A stretch of 61,732 nucleotides of DNA, filler included. It is 3 parts of 3 records of this genome, joined end to end, with 100 filler letters (N's around TTAATTAATTAA, not from the genome) between each part and the next. Parts side by side here need not be neighbours in the genome. Positions count along the whole stretch, not along the records: positions 11,553 to 30,321 come from SRR31147125_69; 2 more parts are not named here. The stretch is one strand, 5' to 3'. The notes below the pieces were generated by a model. The model ran no database searches and was not told the origin of the DNA. It was given only the letters and a program-made list of their open reading frames with translations. The position numbers were made by a program, and so were the translations under genes. The stretch's first letter is position 1; each line of letters begins with the position of its first letter. This document shows positions 11,706-23,600 of the stretch, in pieces.

Positions 11706-12979
11706 CTATCGCAATAGAATCATCTTTTTTGTTTTGCTATATCCATCAGAAAATAATTTGTAATAGTAAATGCCACTGGGAAGTGAGTGTGCATCGAAAG
11801 AAATGTGATGTTTCCCCATTTCCATTTCATCATCAAGCACATTCGCAACCTCTGAACCGACAAGGTTGTATATTTTGAGAGATACACGTGCCTGCTGAGG
11901 TATTTCAAACTCGATGCGGGTCGTCGCGTTAAAAGGATTAGGGTAATTTTGATGTAATAACGCACTCTCAGGTATGGCATGCTCATTTGAAGATACGTTA
12001 CTAACCAGATCCCCCCGGTTTTTGTGCTGAGTATGAGTCCACCATTCCCAACGATCCAGCCTTTTTGATCATTGACCATAAATACAGACCAGAGTGTTGC
12101 AGAAGAACCACTCTTTTGCAAATGCCAGTTATATCCTCCATCCAGGGATCTGATAATTTTCCCCTTTTGGCCGACTGCCCACCCAAGCGTCTCTGACACG
12201 AATTGAACCGACAACAAAGATTCTAATCCCAATTCGTCATTCGAATCAGGCTTATTTATCTCCCATGTTTTACCGCCATCTATGGTCTTTAATATCTCGA
12301 GCTTGGAAAAAACCAAAGATGCCTTACGACCGACAATCCATCCAATGTTTTTATTAAGAAAGTAGGCAGAGTTGTATCGGGTAAATTCACTAATACCATC
12401 CAATTTCGCGGAAATCCAATCAGAGGAAATAGTGGATTTTGACAAAATATTCGCTCCATCACCGACAATCCAGCCCGTATTCGGATCGGTAAAAAACACA
12501 GAGTAAAAAGTAACGCTTGGATCATACGGTGAATATGTTTCAATATTCCAGGTTGCCCCGCCATTTGTCGTGAAAATAATTCTTTGTGCATCGCCTACAG
12601 CCCAGCCTATTTGCGTATCTACAAAGAAAACGGACTGCAAGTCAAGACTTGTTCCGCTTTCCATTTTAACCCAGGTTTCCCCGCCATTGCTGGTCTTCAA
12701 TAACAATCCTTCATCACCCGCAATCCATCCTGTTTTCTCGTTGACAAAGTAAATCGAATTCAAATTAAGGTTAAACTCGTTTTCTACGGAATTCCAGAGG
12801 GATCCGCCATTTGTTGTTTTTAGAATGAGGCCCCCAGTACCACAAATCAATCCGGTATTTTCATTCACAAAACAAACAGATAAAAGATTGTTATTCACAC
12901 CACTCTGTTGTGGACTCCACTGGGCATAAAGTGAAAAATTGAACAACAACAAAGCTAAAAAATGTGCAAGAATTCTCAT
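11706..12979 (-). CDS. YCF48-like/BNR-repeat beta-propeller protein with C-terminal sorting domain (frameshift at the C6 run, 12011-12016)
   Basis: Repeated GW.vG..G.Il.T.nGG.tW blades. One added base yields LHQNYPNPFNATT..LPSGIYYYKL..KKMILLR* ending at 11706. Confidence 0.85.
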
Positions 12980-13011
12980 ATTATTTCCCCTATTGTAAAT
13001 TATTTAGAGTT

Positions 13012-14295
13012 TTATTCACTCCAATATTCGATTATTGGAATAATTCCGTTGTCATTTTTGGTAAAAAACCTTTTTTCTTTATAATTCTGCAAAGAAACAT
13101 CTCCCACATGAGCGACCTGCCAAAAGGGAGTTGTATATACAGCCAGCAATCCATCATCATGAATATACAATCCGGCAGCAGCTGAAAAATGGCCCCACTC
13201 TTTCGGATTTAAGGCAGGATCGCCAAATATTTTTTCTGCAACTTTGGTAATTACAGGTTTGGAAAAGTATTCATTATCCGGGAAATCGACCTTGAACAGA
13301 TAAGCAGTATGTCGTCCGGGTTGTTCAGGATTTTGATCCTCGCCTTCAGCATGATTAAAATCAAAAGAGATCAAAAAGAGTTGGCCATCTTTTTGTTTGA
13401 TGAAATTCATTGATGAGCCGGCAAATTTAGTCTTTTTTAATCCATTTGCTGATGTCGTGTTATTCTCATCAAAAACAGTCATAGTAGATTGAAAACCATC
13501 TTCAAATCGGGTTGTTTTTGACAGGTAAAAATAAAGATGGCTCGTCGTCCTGGTTGCCAATAAAAATCTCTTATCAGTGAGTCTGACCATGGCAACAGCT
13601 CCCGCCTTATTCCGTTGTTCCCACTTTGTTCGGTCTATTTTAAAATCGAATAAAACAGGATGTGCCGGATCCATGACATTATAAAAAAGAATCTCTGAAA
13701 CAATCGCGCCCAGACGTTCATGATAATTTTCAACCGGAACGATTAAAATATCACCAACTACACTCAATCCGCCCGGATGCCACAAGTATGTACCGCATTC
13801 CAACCTCGAATTTATTTCAATATCCAGAACCAGTTTATCCTGCTCAGGGGGTCTTTCACTGTTTTTATCTACATTCGTTGCCAAAGAGCCGGTTGAAGAT
13901 TTTGAAGTGATTCGGGCGATATAGAGGTTGCCGCCAGGAGGTTTCATATCACCCCATTCTCCCGGACCAGGTAAATCAATATCTGACAAATCTCCCTGAT
14001 CTGCGATATTACTACCGGAGATAACGAGATAGTTTTTATTTCGCAATCGCTGAATACCCTGAAAATGGTTATCACCAAAATCATGTTCCTGGTTGACTGA
14101 ATAAAACGGATAAGGAATGACCTCATTCGTCCAGACAGCCATTTTTTTACCGGTTGTATCTAACTGATTAAAGGCTTTAACAACATTATCGACGGTCGGA
14201 TTTTCATATTGTATTCCGGATTGTGCACAAAAAACAGATAACAAGGAAGTGGTTATCATTAAATAAATAAACAGATTCGTCCAATTACGTTTCAC
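13012..14295 (-). CDS. Exported hypothetical protein
   Basis: 427-aa ORF with a signal peptide, co-oriented with its neighbours. HFQGIQRL and HPGGLS motifs; no family recognised. Confidence 0.7.
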   Translation of the reverse strand: MKRNWTNLFIYLMITTSLLSVFCAQSGIQYENPTVDNVVKAFNQLDTTGKKMAVWTNEVIPYPFYSVNQEHDFGDNHFQGIQRLRNKNYLVISGSNIADQGDLSDIDLPGPGEWGDMKPPGGNLYIARITSKSSTGSLATNVDKNSERPPEQDKLVLDIEINSRLECGTYLWHPGGLSVVGDILIVPVENYHERLGAIVSEILFYNVMDPAHPVLFDFKIDRTKWEQRNKAGAVAMVRLTDKRFLLATRTTSHLYFYLSKTTRFEDGFQSTMTVFDENNTTSANGLKKTKFAGSSMNFIKQKDGQLFLISFDFNHAEGEDQNPEQPGRHTAYLFKVDFPDNEYFSKPVITKVAEKIFGDPALNPKEWGHFSAAAGLYIHDDGLLAVYTTPFWQVAHVGDVSLQNYKEKRFFTKNDNGIIPIIEYWSE

Positions 14296-14334
14296 TGTGT
14301 TTTAACCTGTAATAATAGAATGTTACGACAATAA

Positions 14335-17300
14335 TTAATTATTGTTATGTAAAAATAAAAATGAAGATGGTACAAGTTGCTTGATAATTCCGGGTCCTTC
14401 ATACATCAATTGTAAAAATTCACCGGCAATGTCCTCCATATACTCAATTTGAATTGGATAAAGACCCCTTTTCAAATAAACAGTACCTTTTTTCTCACGT
14501 ATAGAATGAGTGCCATCATTATCAATCAAAACTCTATTATCAAAAACCAACCTGCTACCATCATCGGAAGAAAGATGAAATGTATAGTTCCCATCCACTT
14601 TAATGGCTAGATATCCCTTAAACCTGATGGCATAATGATCCTCGCGAGGTTTTATGTCCGTATAGCTAATGAAAAAAGTACGACCTTCTTTAACAGGGAT
14701 TAGTTCGTCAAACATGGGTAAACGATCCCATTCACCCTCATAATAGCTATATGAGAGACCATTTACACTGGGATCAACAACTCTATAGGTAACAGGCAAA
14801 GAGGAAAAACTCGGATTCCATCCTTTTTTAAACGCCTTGGCTTTGATAGTGGCATCTTTATTTACGGTAAATGGTTCTTTATATAAAAATGACTTTTTAT
14901 CCGGTTCCTGTCCGTTTAGGGTATATCTAATATCAGCGTCTTTTGTATCTACAGTCATACGAGCACTGATTTGATCCAGAGAAAAAACCAGCGTATCCTG
15001 CGGGAAGACATCCTGGATAGTAACAAATTTCTTTGAAAACGGTTCAGAATATTTTCTTTGCTGATAGGGTGCCGAAAAGGTGTATTTCCCACTCCCGATT
15101 GTTAAAACCACGGATTGATCCTCCACACCCTCATATCTGATAAATTCAGACTGTTTCATCTGTTGGCCATTTTCTAAAATATCATCAATAGATCTTGTCG
15201 GGAAAAAAATCCTGGCAACGGTATTTGGAGGTATCTGAACATTCAACGTAAAAAAACCATCATTGAGCTTCCACTCACTTTTAATATCGCCCCGAATCGA
15301 TTGATATGAACCTTTAGCCCAGGAAAGATCACCTATAACGTGAGGATGAATAATAATCCGGTCAAAACCAGCAGCATCAGGACCGGGTTGAATACCGGCA
15401 ACATATTTGTAAAACCATTCCTCGACATGCCCGAGCATAAAATGATTGTGGGATGATTTTCGATCAGCATCCCATGCTTCAGTAAGTGATGTCGCGCCTT
15501 TTTTGACCTGATAGCCATAACTCGGTACATCTGTTCGACTGGTCATGTCATATACAATATCGGATCGGCCATTTTCAGCCAGGGCGCGTAATACATAAAG
15601 ATGACCAATATCTCCGGCAGTGATGTGATTATGGTGTTCCTGGATATCCTTTATTAATTCAACTAATACCTTGTCCGATAATTCATTATCGACGAGCCCA
15701 ATTGCAAGGGGCATGGCATTCGCTGTTTGACTGTTTCGCGCGTAATAGTTCTTGTTTTTGTTGAAAAATTTTTCATTAAAGGAGGTCCGTATCTTTTCAG
15801 ACACAGATTTGTAATATGCACTATCTTTATTTTTCTGTAGCAAACGAGCTACGTTTTTCATAATCTCTATATCCTGATACAATATAGCCGTTGAGGTAAG
15901 ACCAGGAGGTGTCAATTTTGATCTGCCAGGGCTGCCAGGTCCGATATCATACCAATCGCCCAATCCGTGATAAACAATACCGTTTTCAGATTTTTGCAGC
16001 AGATAATCCACATATTTTTGCATGCCTTTATAATGTTCTTCCAGGATTCGGATATCGCCATAGTATTGATATACATTCCATGGATTAATAACATAGGCGC
16101 TGCCCCATTCCGGTGAATCACGAAATCCATCCCGAAAAACGACATATTCCGGTGCAATATCGGGCACAAGGCCATTGGAAAGTTGCGAATCCTGCATATC
16201 CCTCATGATCTTGGTGTATAACCGTGCAAGGTCGTAATTATACATTAAAGAGGGGCCAAGTAAATGTGTTTCTTCCAGCCAGCCAAGTTTTTCTCTGTGA
16301 GGACAATCAGTAAAAACACTCTGCATATTACTGCGCATTGCAGCTGTAATTATATGATGTATATCATTAAATAAGGTATTGGAACAGGAAAACGAACCAA
16401 CTGTTTCTGAAGACGAATGGATAAAGTGGCCCTCAAGATTTTTTACATAGGCAACATGATCCTGAACCTTTAGAGAATCTGGTGTACCACCTTCAACCTG
16501 GACATATCGAAATCCATAATAAGTAAAGTGTGGATGCCAGGATTCAATTCCATCGCCTTTTAATGTGTATTTGAATAATACAGGTCCACCGGAACCTCTC
16601 TGCGTTACAAAACCTTTATTATCGAGCAATTCTCCTGGTGTTAACGTTATGGTTGTTCCGGCATTTCCTTTTACAGTAATGTGAGGCCACCCTGAAAAAT
16701 TCTGCCCCAGATCATATACATATACACCTGGTTGCGGTTCAGTTATTTTTATCGGCTTGAAAGAATTCATAATCCTGACAGGAGGTGACAGGTGAGAAAT
16801 CAATTTACCCCCCGGTCCATGCACAACAGCCGCCCGCTGCCACCGGGAATCATCAAATCCGGCTTTATCCCATCCGTCTTTTTCCAGACGGGCATCATAA
16901 TCTTCACCACCATAAATACAGGAAAAAGTGATGGGACCGGAAGAAACAGACCAGGTATCATCACTCGCCACCACCGTTTCAGAACCATCATTAAATTCCA
17001 GATTCATCTGCAGAATGAATGCGGGCGCGTCAAAAGAACCTTTAAATTTAGTATATCGGCCACCAACAACATTGTAAAAACCATTCCCCAGAGAAACACC
17101 TAATGTATTGTCGCCACTGTCCAGAAAATCGGTCACATCAAACGTCACGTACATACAGGTTTTACGATAATTCGTCCACCCCGGATCCAGTACATGATCA
17201 CCCACTTTTTGACCATTTACAAAGAGCTCAAACTGGCCAAGTCCACATATATAGACTGTCGCCCTTTTAATACGTTTAACGAGACTCACATCTTTACGAA

Positions 17301-17784
17301 AAAGAATTCCAGCATTGCCAACCGAGTTATCCGCAGCAGAAATAAAAGTCCCCTTCCAGGCATCCTCTTCCAGTAATCCCATCATCCATGAGCCCTGCGT
17401 ACTCCAGGCAGATGCATGACCTTTCCTGTCCCATACCATGACCTTCCAGTAACAATGCTGATTACTTGAAAGAGGAATTCCCTCGTACTCTACATTCAAC
17501 TGATTTGATGAATTAACACGACCTGTATCCCATAAATCGCCATTATTGCGTGATAGCTTTTCAGAATCACTGGCTACCAAAATGCGATAAGCTGTCTGTT
17601 GTTGGCCTTTATCAATAGATTCCAGGATCCAGCTCAATCGGGGTTGAGGTGTATCTATGCCAATAGGATTTTTCTGATATTCACATTTTAAATTCAGGGG
17701 CTCCAAACCAGCAAAAGCATTCACAGCCAACAACATGCATAATAGTACACCAGTTACAGGTCTTCTCATTTTTTTCAACCTCAT
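14335..17784 (-). CDS. GH78 alpha-L-rhamnosidase family protein with FN3-associated and PA14 domains
   Basis: TDCPHREKLGWL, HGLGDW, GATSLTEAW and SHNHFMLG motifs; IRYTLNGQEP; PA14 SSDDGS..IDNDGTH. Confidence 0.93.
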   Translation of the reverse strand: MRLKKMRRPVTGVLLCMLLAVNAFAGLEPLNLKCEYQKNPIGIDTPQPRLSWILESIDKGQQQTAYRILVASDSEKLSRNNGDLWDTGRVNSSNQLNVEYEGIPLSSNQHCYWKVMVWDRKGHASAWSTQGSWMMGLLEEDAWKGTFISAADNSVGNAGILFRKDVSLVKRIKRATVYICGLGQFELFVNGQKVGDHVLDPGWTNYRKTCMYVTFDVTDFLDSGDNTLGVSLGNGFYNVVGGRYTKFKGSFDAPAFILQMNLEFNDGSETVVASDDTWSVSSGPITFSCIYGGEDYDARLEKDGWDKAGFDDSRWQRAAVVHGPGGKLISHLSPPVRIMNSFKPIKITEPQPGVYVYDLGQNFSGWPHITVKGNAGTTITLTPGELLDNKGFVTQRGSGGPVLFKYTLKGDGIESWHPHFTYYGFRYVQVEGGTPDSLKVQDHVAYVKNLEGHFIHSSSETVGSFSCSNTLFNDIHHIITAAMRSNMQSVFTDCPHREKLGWLEETHLLGPSLMYNYDLARLYTKIMRDMQDSQLSNGLVPDIAPEYVVFRDGFRDSPEWGSAYVINPWNVYQYYGDIRILEEHYKGMQKYVDYLLQKSENGIVYHGLGDWYDIGPGSPGRSKLTPPGLTSTAILYQDIEIMKNVARLLQKNKDSAYYKSVSEKIRTSFNEKFFNKNKNYYARNSQTANAMPLAIGLVDNELSDKVLVELIKDIQEHHNHITAGDIGHLYVLRALAENGRSDIVYDMTSRTDVPSYGYQVKKGATSLTEAWDADRKSSHNHFMLGHVEEWFYKYVAGIQPGPDAAGFDRIIIHPHVIGDLSWAKGSYQSIRGDIKSEWKLNDGFFTLNVQIPPNTVARIFFPTRSIDDILENGQQMKQSEFIRYEGVEDQSVVLTIGSGKYTFSAPYQQRKYSEPFSKKFVTIQDVFPQDTLVFSLDQISARMTVDTKDADIRYTLNGQEPDKKSFLYKEPFTVNKDATIKAKAFKKGWNPSFSSLPVTYRVVDPSVNGLSYSYYEGEWDRLPMFDELIPVKEGRTFFISYTDIKPREDHYAIRFKGYLAIKVDGNYTFHLSSDDGSRLVFDNRVLIDNDGTHSIREKKGTVYLKRGLYPIQIEYMEDIAGEFLQLMYEGPGIIKQLVPSSFLFLHNNN

Positions 17785-17901
17785 TTAAAAAAAGTTCTAT
17801 CTCCGTTCGCGGTCTCCAAAAACTGCGTATTCCCCAAAATCTGATGAGGATATTGCGAGGATTCTAATAAATTAATCAAGCATCAAAAGCGATTTTTTAG
17901 T

Positions 17902-19533
17902 TCATTCGCTTATAAACAAAACATCCGGAGGAATAATTTGTTTAGGGAGTCCTTCACTGCGATAATAAACATCCAGCCAGGCGCCACCACCTCCGTTAAA
18001 ATACTCGATTCTTATTTTGTGCAAACCCTTTGACAATTCAATTTGACCGCTGCGCTCAAGGGTACCGTGGTCCCCGTCATTATCCACAACCTTTTTATCA
18101 TCAATATATAATGCGCTACCATCGTCCGAGTTTGTATAAAACTTGTACGCACCTTTCCGGTCAATTCGAATTAATCCTTTAAACTGAATTGCAAACTGGG
18201 AATCGCGATGTTCTACCTGATCAACTCTGAACTGGAAGGCTCTGCCGCTTTTTTTCGCTGCCATATTCTCAAAAACAGGTAGAGCAATCCAGCTCTCACC
18301 TTCGTAATAGGAAAAATTTACACCATTTTTACTATCGGTTTTTACAATCCGAAAATAGGCTGTTGTGGTCAGACTTTCCTCATGTTTGTCACGAAACACC
18401 CTGGCTTTTACCACAGCGCTGGATATCAATAAAAACGGAGTTTTATATTGAATGGATTGTCTTGACGGTTCAGAACCATCTGTGGTATAATAAATCGACG
18501 CACCTTTCTCGCTTGTCGTTATTTTCACGGTTGCGTTCTGGTCAACAAAGAGTCCTCCGGGTGGATCATAAAATTTTTGTGGAGGATAAATAATGGGTGA
18601 GGTCAGCAACATTTTCTCAGACGTAACAACCGGATCAGAATATCCCACAAAAGCACTCTTTACAGGTCTGCCGATCCAGGCATAGGGAGGATCAATCCCT
18701 AAAGCAAAAGCCACCGTTGCAGCATTATCATATGTATAAACCGGATGAGTTATTTGTTTACCCTTTTTAACATTTTTCCCGTAAAGTATAAACGGAATTT
18801 CAATTTCGGCACGTGTTTCACCACCATGCCCGTATCCGATCCCACCATGGTCTGATGTAACAAGGATCATCCCATTATCCAGTAAAGCAGCTTGTCTGGC
18901 TGCCTGCACTATTTTTCCAATTAATATATCTGCTGCAGCAACAGAGTCATAATACTCCTCGCTGCCGTGCCCGCCGTGATGTCCGGCATGGTCCACATGA
19001 TCAAGATGAATAAACGTAAAAACCGGTTTTTTTGATGTGAGATAATCTATTGCCAGGTCAGTTGTTTCATCTTCAGTTGCAGCTGTTATATCATAATTCA
19101 CCGCACTTTTTTCAAACAATCTGCCAAATCCGTCCCAGTGATAAATAGTACCAATTTCTGCTTCCGGTCTCTGCTGTCTGATAACACCAAAAATTGTGGG
19201 AAAGATCTCTTCCATACCAGTGGTAACAGGAGGCAAAATATAATCATCTCGTTCCCAACCATTTGATGTGATTCCGTGTTGTGCGGGGCTGGCGCCCATT
19301 ATCATGGAAGCCCAGTTTGAACTGCTACTGGTTGGCAGAACGGCCCGTGCGCGCATAGTCGAGGAACCGTTCTTTATTAAATAGTCGATATTCGGTGTAT
19401 TCGCATTCTGAATCCCATCCGGGCTCATGCCATCCACACCGATTACGATAACATGCTCGATCTCGACTGGTTGTGAAAACGCGTTATTTATAAAAAGTAA
19501 AGCACTCAGAAGAACAAAAAGTATATATCTCAT
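17902..19533 (-). CDS. Alkaline phosphatase superfamily (NPP-like) enzyme with FN3-associated and PA14 domains
   Basis: IGVDG, PTSSSSNW, DHVDHAGH and TSDHGG motifs; YYTTDGSEP; NSDDGS..DNDGDH. Confidence 0.9.
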   Translation of the reverse strand: MRYILFVLLSALLFINNAFSQPVEIEHVIVIGVDGMSPDGIQNANTPNIDYLIKNGSSTMRARAVLPTSSSSNWASMIMGASPAQHGITSNGWERDDYILPPVTTGMEEIFPTIFGVIRQQRPEAEIGTIYHWDGFGRLFEKSAVNYDITAATEDETTDLAIDYLTSKKPVFTFIHLDHVDHAGHHGGHGSEEYYDSVAAADILIGKIVQAARQAALLDNGMILVTSDHGGIGYGHGGETRAEIEIPFILYGKNVKKGKQITHPVYTYDNAATVAFALGIDPPYAWIGRPVKSAFVGYSDPVVTSEKMLLTSPIIYPPQKFYDPPGGLFVDQNATVKITTSEKGASIYYTTDGSEPSRQSIQYKTPFLLISSAVVKARVFRDKHEESLTTTAYFRIVKTDSKNGVNFSYYEGESWIALPVFENMAAKKSGRAFQFRVDQVEHRDSQFAIQFKGLIRIDRKGAYKFYTNSDDGSALYIDDKKVVDNDGDHGTLERSGQIELSKGLHKIRIEYFNGGGGAWLDVYYRSEGLPKQIIPPDVLFISE

Positions 19534-19616
19534 AATGGCACCTCGACATTTGATTTATCATGTTAATTTAAATTATTAAAATTGTGACCATGAAATCATC
19601 GATTACCAGTGTAAAC

Positions 19617-20549
19617 CTATTTTTCAAGTCCAAAAGGGGTACTCTCCCACCCCCAGTCAGGATTAATCGGGATTTGCAAAAAAGTAAGTACTGTCGGTGG
19701 GACAGCAACCATGCCAGGAGAATCATTGAGTTCACCTTTCAAAGTACCTTTACCACTGACGAGAATAAATATTGTACGTTCGCCATCAGATTGCCCGCCA
19801 TGACCTGTTCCCGCACCTCCATGATCTGATGTTACAATGAATAACCATTCCTCATTTTTATAGTTTCCGCGATTCTGTACTCCTCTGACAACCGTACCAA
19901 CATGTTTGTCGACCTCGGTTATCGCGGCAAGGTATTCCTTGCTATTTGGAGAAAATCCAAACGAATGCCCGGCTCCGTCAACATCGTCAAAATGCAGAAA
20001 CAGAACTGTTGGATTTTGTTTTTCAAGATGTGTTAATGCCTGTAAAGCAACGAGCTGGTCGCTTCCGGTTGATTGATAATCAGCGTCTAAAAGAATCTTC
20101 TCGTTAATTGGCGACCAATGAACAATCGATGAAAGATAAGCATCTGAATCAACCTGTTTTATTCGCCTGAAAAAATGCGGATATTGGGTATAATCGGCAC
20201 CGCTAAAACTATTATCCCTTACTTTATGTTTATTTACCCAAACACCCGTTAAAATGCTGCTCCAGCCCGGTCCGCTGGATGTGGCCTGTTCAGTTGCTGT
20301 GCCTTTTATTCCACCAGCAAAAGCATGATAAGTAACAGCACCATCAGCAATGAGAGCATCAATATTTGGCGTACTGGCAGCTATTAAAGCATCAGAGCGT
20401 ACTCCATCAAGGCCTATAACAACAACATGTTTCGTAATTTCAGTTTGGTCTTCTTCTGTTTCACTGTTCACAGGATTATCCTTACCACACGCACATACAA
20501 GTGATAGCATAAACAGGAAAAAAAACATTTTCATATGATTGATAATCAT
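19617..20549 (-). CDS. Alkaline phosphatase superfamily (NPP-like) lipoprotein
   Basis: Lipobox-like VCAC; IGLDG, TSSGPGW, DDVDGAGH and TSDHGG motifs. Confidence 0.88.
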   Translation of the reverse strand: MIINHMKMFFFLFMLSLVCACGKDNPVNSETEEDQTEITKHVVVIGLDGVRSDALIAASTPNIDALIADGAVTYHAFAGGIKGTATEQATSSGPGWSSILTGVWVNKHKVRDNSFSGADYTQYPHFFRRIKQVDSDAYLSSIVHWSPINEKILLDADYQSTGSDQLVALQALTHLEKQNPTVLFLHFDDVDGAGHSFGFSPNSKEYLAAITEVDKHVGTVVRGVQNRGNYKNEEWLFIVTSDHGGAGTGHGGQSDGERTIFILVSGKGTLKGELNDSPGMVAVPPTVLTFLQIPINPDWGWESTPFGLEK

Positions 20550-20638
20550 CTTGTAATCTCTCTATAAATCAGGATTCATTTATTATCCTTGCATGGAGCA
20601 GCAAAGAACAGATATCTTTTTTTCAGAATACCCACTAT

Positions 20639-23600
20639 TTATTCCTTATCTGCCATTATCTTTTTTATATCATCCATGGAAAGTGCTTCAACATATATTC
20701 TGACATCATCGACAATTCCGTTTGTATGACGTCCAACAGGAATTTCTGCATTTCTACCAATATTCCAGGGAAAAGGAGAGGATTCAACAGGACCGGTAAC
20801 AGAAACGTGTCCTGCCAGCTCTGCATCAATATATAACCGTAAAGTGGAACCATCACAAACACCGGCTAAATGATGCCAGTTATGATTCCAGTCAGACGGA
20901 ACAGAAGCAGTGCATTCCCCTCGTCCCCATCCCCCGACAAAAAAGTTAAGTGTCGACGGATTTTGCATTTTTAATACATGATAATCACCTTTGGAAATAA
21001 AATCCGCCACTTGTTCATTTTCCGGATAAATCCATGCCATCAGGGACAAACAAGGTCCAGTCGTATTTAATCCAGGTGAATTAGCTATCTCAACATAACC
21101 ATTTTTACCCGTGCGAATTCCATTTCCTGATTTTCCTTTTACGATCTGAGCATCTCCGATATAGTGTGCATTATTTTGCAGACCGGATTGATCAACAGAA
21201 CGCTTTACATCCATTTTATCAAAATTGAGCTTGAGAACACTCGATTGCAAGGGGTGATTATAAATTTTCACACGTTGTGACAGGGTATCGGAAATAGAAA
21301 AAGAAGATATACCTGGTTTTAAAATTTTCATTTCAAAAATGACCGTTTTACTTTCCCCCGGCTCCAGAGAAACCATCTTTTCACAACATTTCACACTATC
21401 CCTGTATAAAACAACGGATTTCTCATCCCTTTTTGCAGATATATTTTTCACATGAACACTGGCATTTAGAGTATCTCCGAGTTTTACAATCGGATCGATC
21501 TTAAAATTTTGATATTCAAATAGTGCCTTTTTATTTCCAGGGTCTGGATTGACGAAAACCTGAAAAGCAGGCAATTCATCAATCTGAAGTTTATGTTTTC
21601 CCGGTTTGTACAATCGAAAAGTAAATACCTTGCCTGCGGTTTTCCCGTTGTTGACATAAAGCAATTCGCTCTTGAAAAGCTTTCCATCAATATGTAGATC
21701 CAGTTTTTTACATCCCTCAGCCCCATTATTCTCTACTTTTACTGAAATAGTGATCTGTTCATTGGGTTTTACCTCACTGGATGACAGGATTATATCTTTC
21801 ACGACAAAATCAGGCTGTGATGTGGTCATGGACGGTAATATAATCTCGTCTTTTGATGGCCATCCGTAATTGGGTGAATCTCCTAATTGGAATTGTAAAA
21901 ATCCACCACGCACAATATCTTTATGAGTAATCCACGGTGTCAATAATGGCTTGTTATTTAACGATGCTGCCTGGATAAACATGTTCTTTTCCGAAACATT
22001 ATCCGCTCTGATAATAAAATCTTTGCAGTTGTCTAGATGTATAGTCATTTCCGGAAAAAGTGGAGCGCTGATATCGTAAATACTCTGTCCCGGACAAACA
22101 GGGTAAAATCCCATGGCACTAAAAACAAACCAGCTGGACATGGATCCAAGATCATCGTTTCCCGGAATACCACCCGGCGAAGCCGAATAATAATTCATAA
22201 TATGGCGCACTGTTTTTTGTGTTTTCCAGGCCTCTCCGCTATAATTAAACAAATAACCAAAATTTATGGGTGGTTCATTATCATGAATAATCAAACCATT
22301 ATCAAAAGCATTATCCAACGTTGCCACAAAGGATTCTTTTCCACCCATCAGGTTTATCACATCCTGAAGATTATGAGGTACGAACCAGGAATAGTTCCAT
22401 TCGTCTCCTTCAATAAAACCACCTACATTATTCCAGGAACCATCCCTGTTTTTTGCCGCCATTAATCCGATATCCGGATTAAATACATTTCGATAGTTAT
22501 AGGCTCGGTCTTTCAGATCGGCATATTCACTTTTGTCAATGGATTTTGCGAATTCAGCAAGAGCCCAATCATTATACGCATATTCTAAAGTTCGGGTCAC
22601 AGATTCCGGCCATTGGGCTGGCACGTAACCAAGATCAACGTATTCCTGAAAATCCGGTTTGCTGTACGGCGGGTCATATATACTGCTTTTCATGGCTTTA
22701 TAAGCCAGTCCGATATCAAAATCTTTTATTCCTTTAAAGTAACTATCCACAATGACAGGGATCGCATGGTTACCTGTCATCGGTCCGGCAACCAGTTGCC
22801 CGCTGTGCTCATACATGAGCAAAAGACTTTTTATCATATCGCTTTGCACAGCAGGTTCAAGTAACGTCAATAAAGGGTGCAAGGTCCTGAATGTATCCCA
22901 TGGTGAAAAACCGGTATAATATGCTCCGTCTGACTTTTTATAAACATGGTCATCCAATCCTCGATACTGGCCGTTGACATCGGACGAGATATGAGGCATT
23001 AAAAGAGAATGATACAATGCCGTGTAAAAAACCGTCCTGTCATCCGGCGAACCACCCTTAATTTCCACTTTTCCCAGATGAGAATTCCATTTTTCTTCTG
23101 CCTGGCTTTTTATTTCCTTAAAATTCCAATGCGGGTTCTCTGATAAAAGATTTAATTTCGCATTCGCGATACTCACCTGTGACAAAGCGATCTTGAATTT
23201 AATACCAGGTTGTTTTTGAGACCCAAAATCGAATCGATAACTCTGGGCTTTTTCACTTGCACTCACATTCACAGCTTTATCAAATCTGCCAAAAAAGAAA
23301 TAATTATGACTTTTGCCCTGAAAAGAATAATTATCCGGCATTTCCAATTCAGCTATATCCCAGATAAAAAGTGATCCCGCATTATTCTTCGGAAACTCTA
23401 TTTTGACAAAACTCGTGCGTTCAGTGGACGTCGCTTCAACAACAATATTATTATTTAATTGAACAACATAATATCCGGGAGATGCCTTTTCATTTTCATG
23501 ACTGAATTGTATTTTAGATACACCTTTTGACTGTTGAACAGTGTTTATCATTGGCATAAATTTCAACCTGCCTGCAGAACCACTGGGATAACCGCTCATA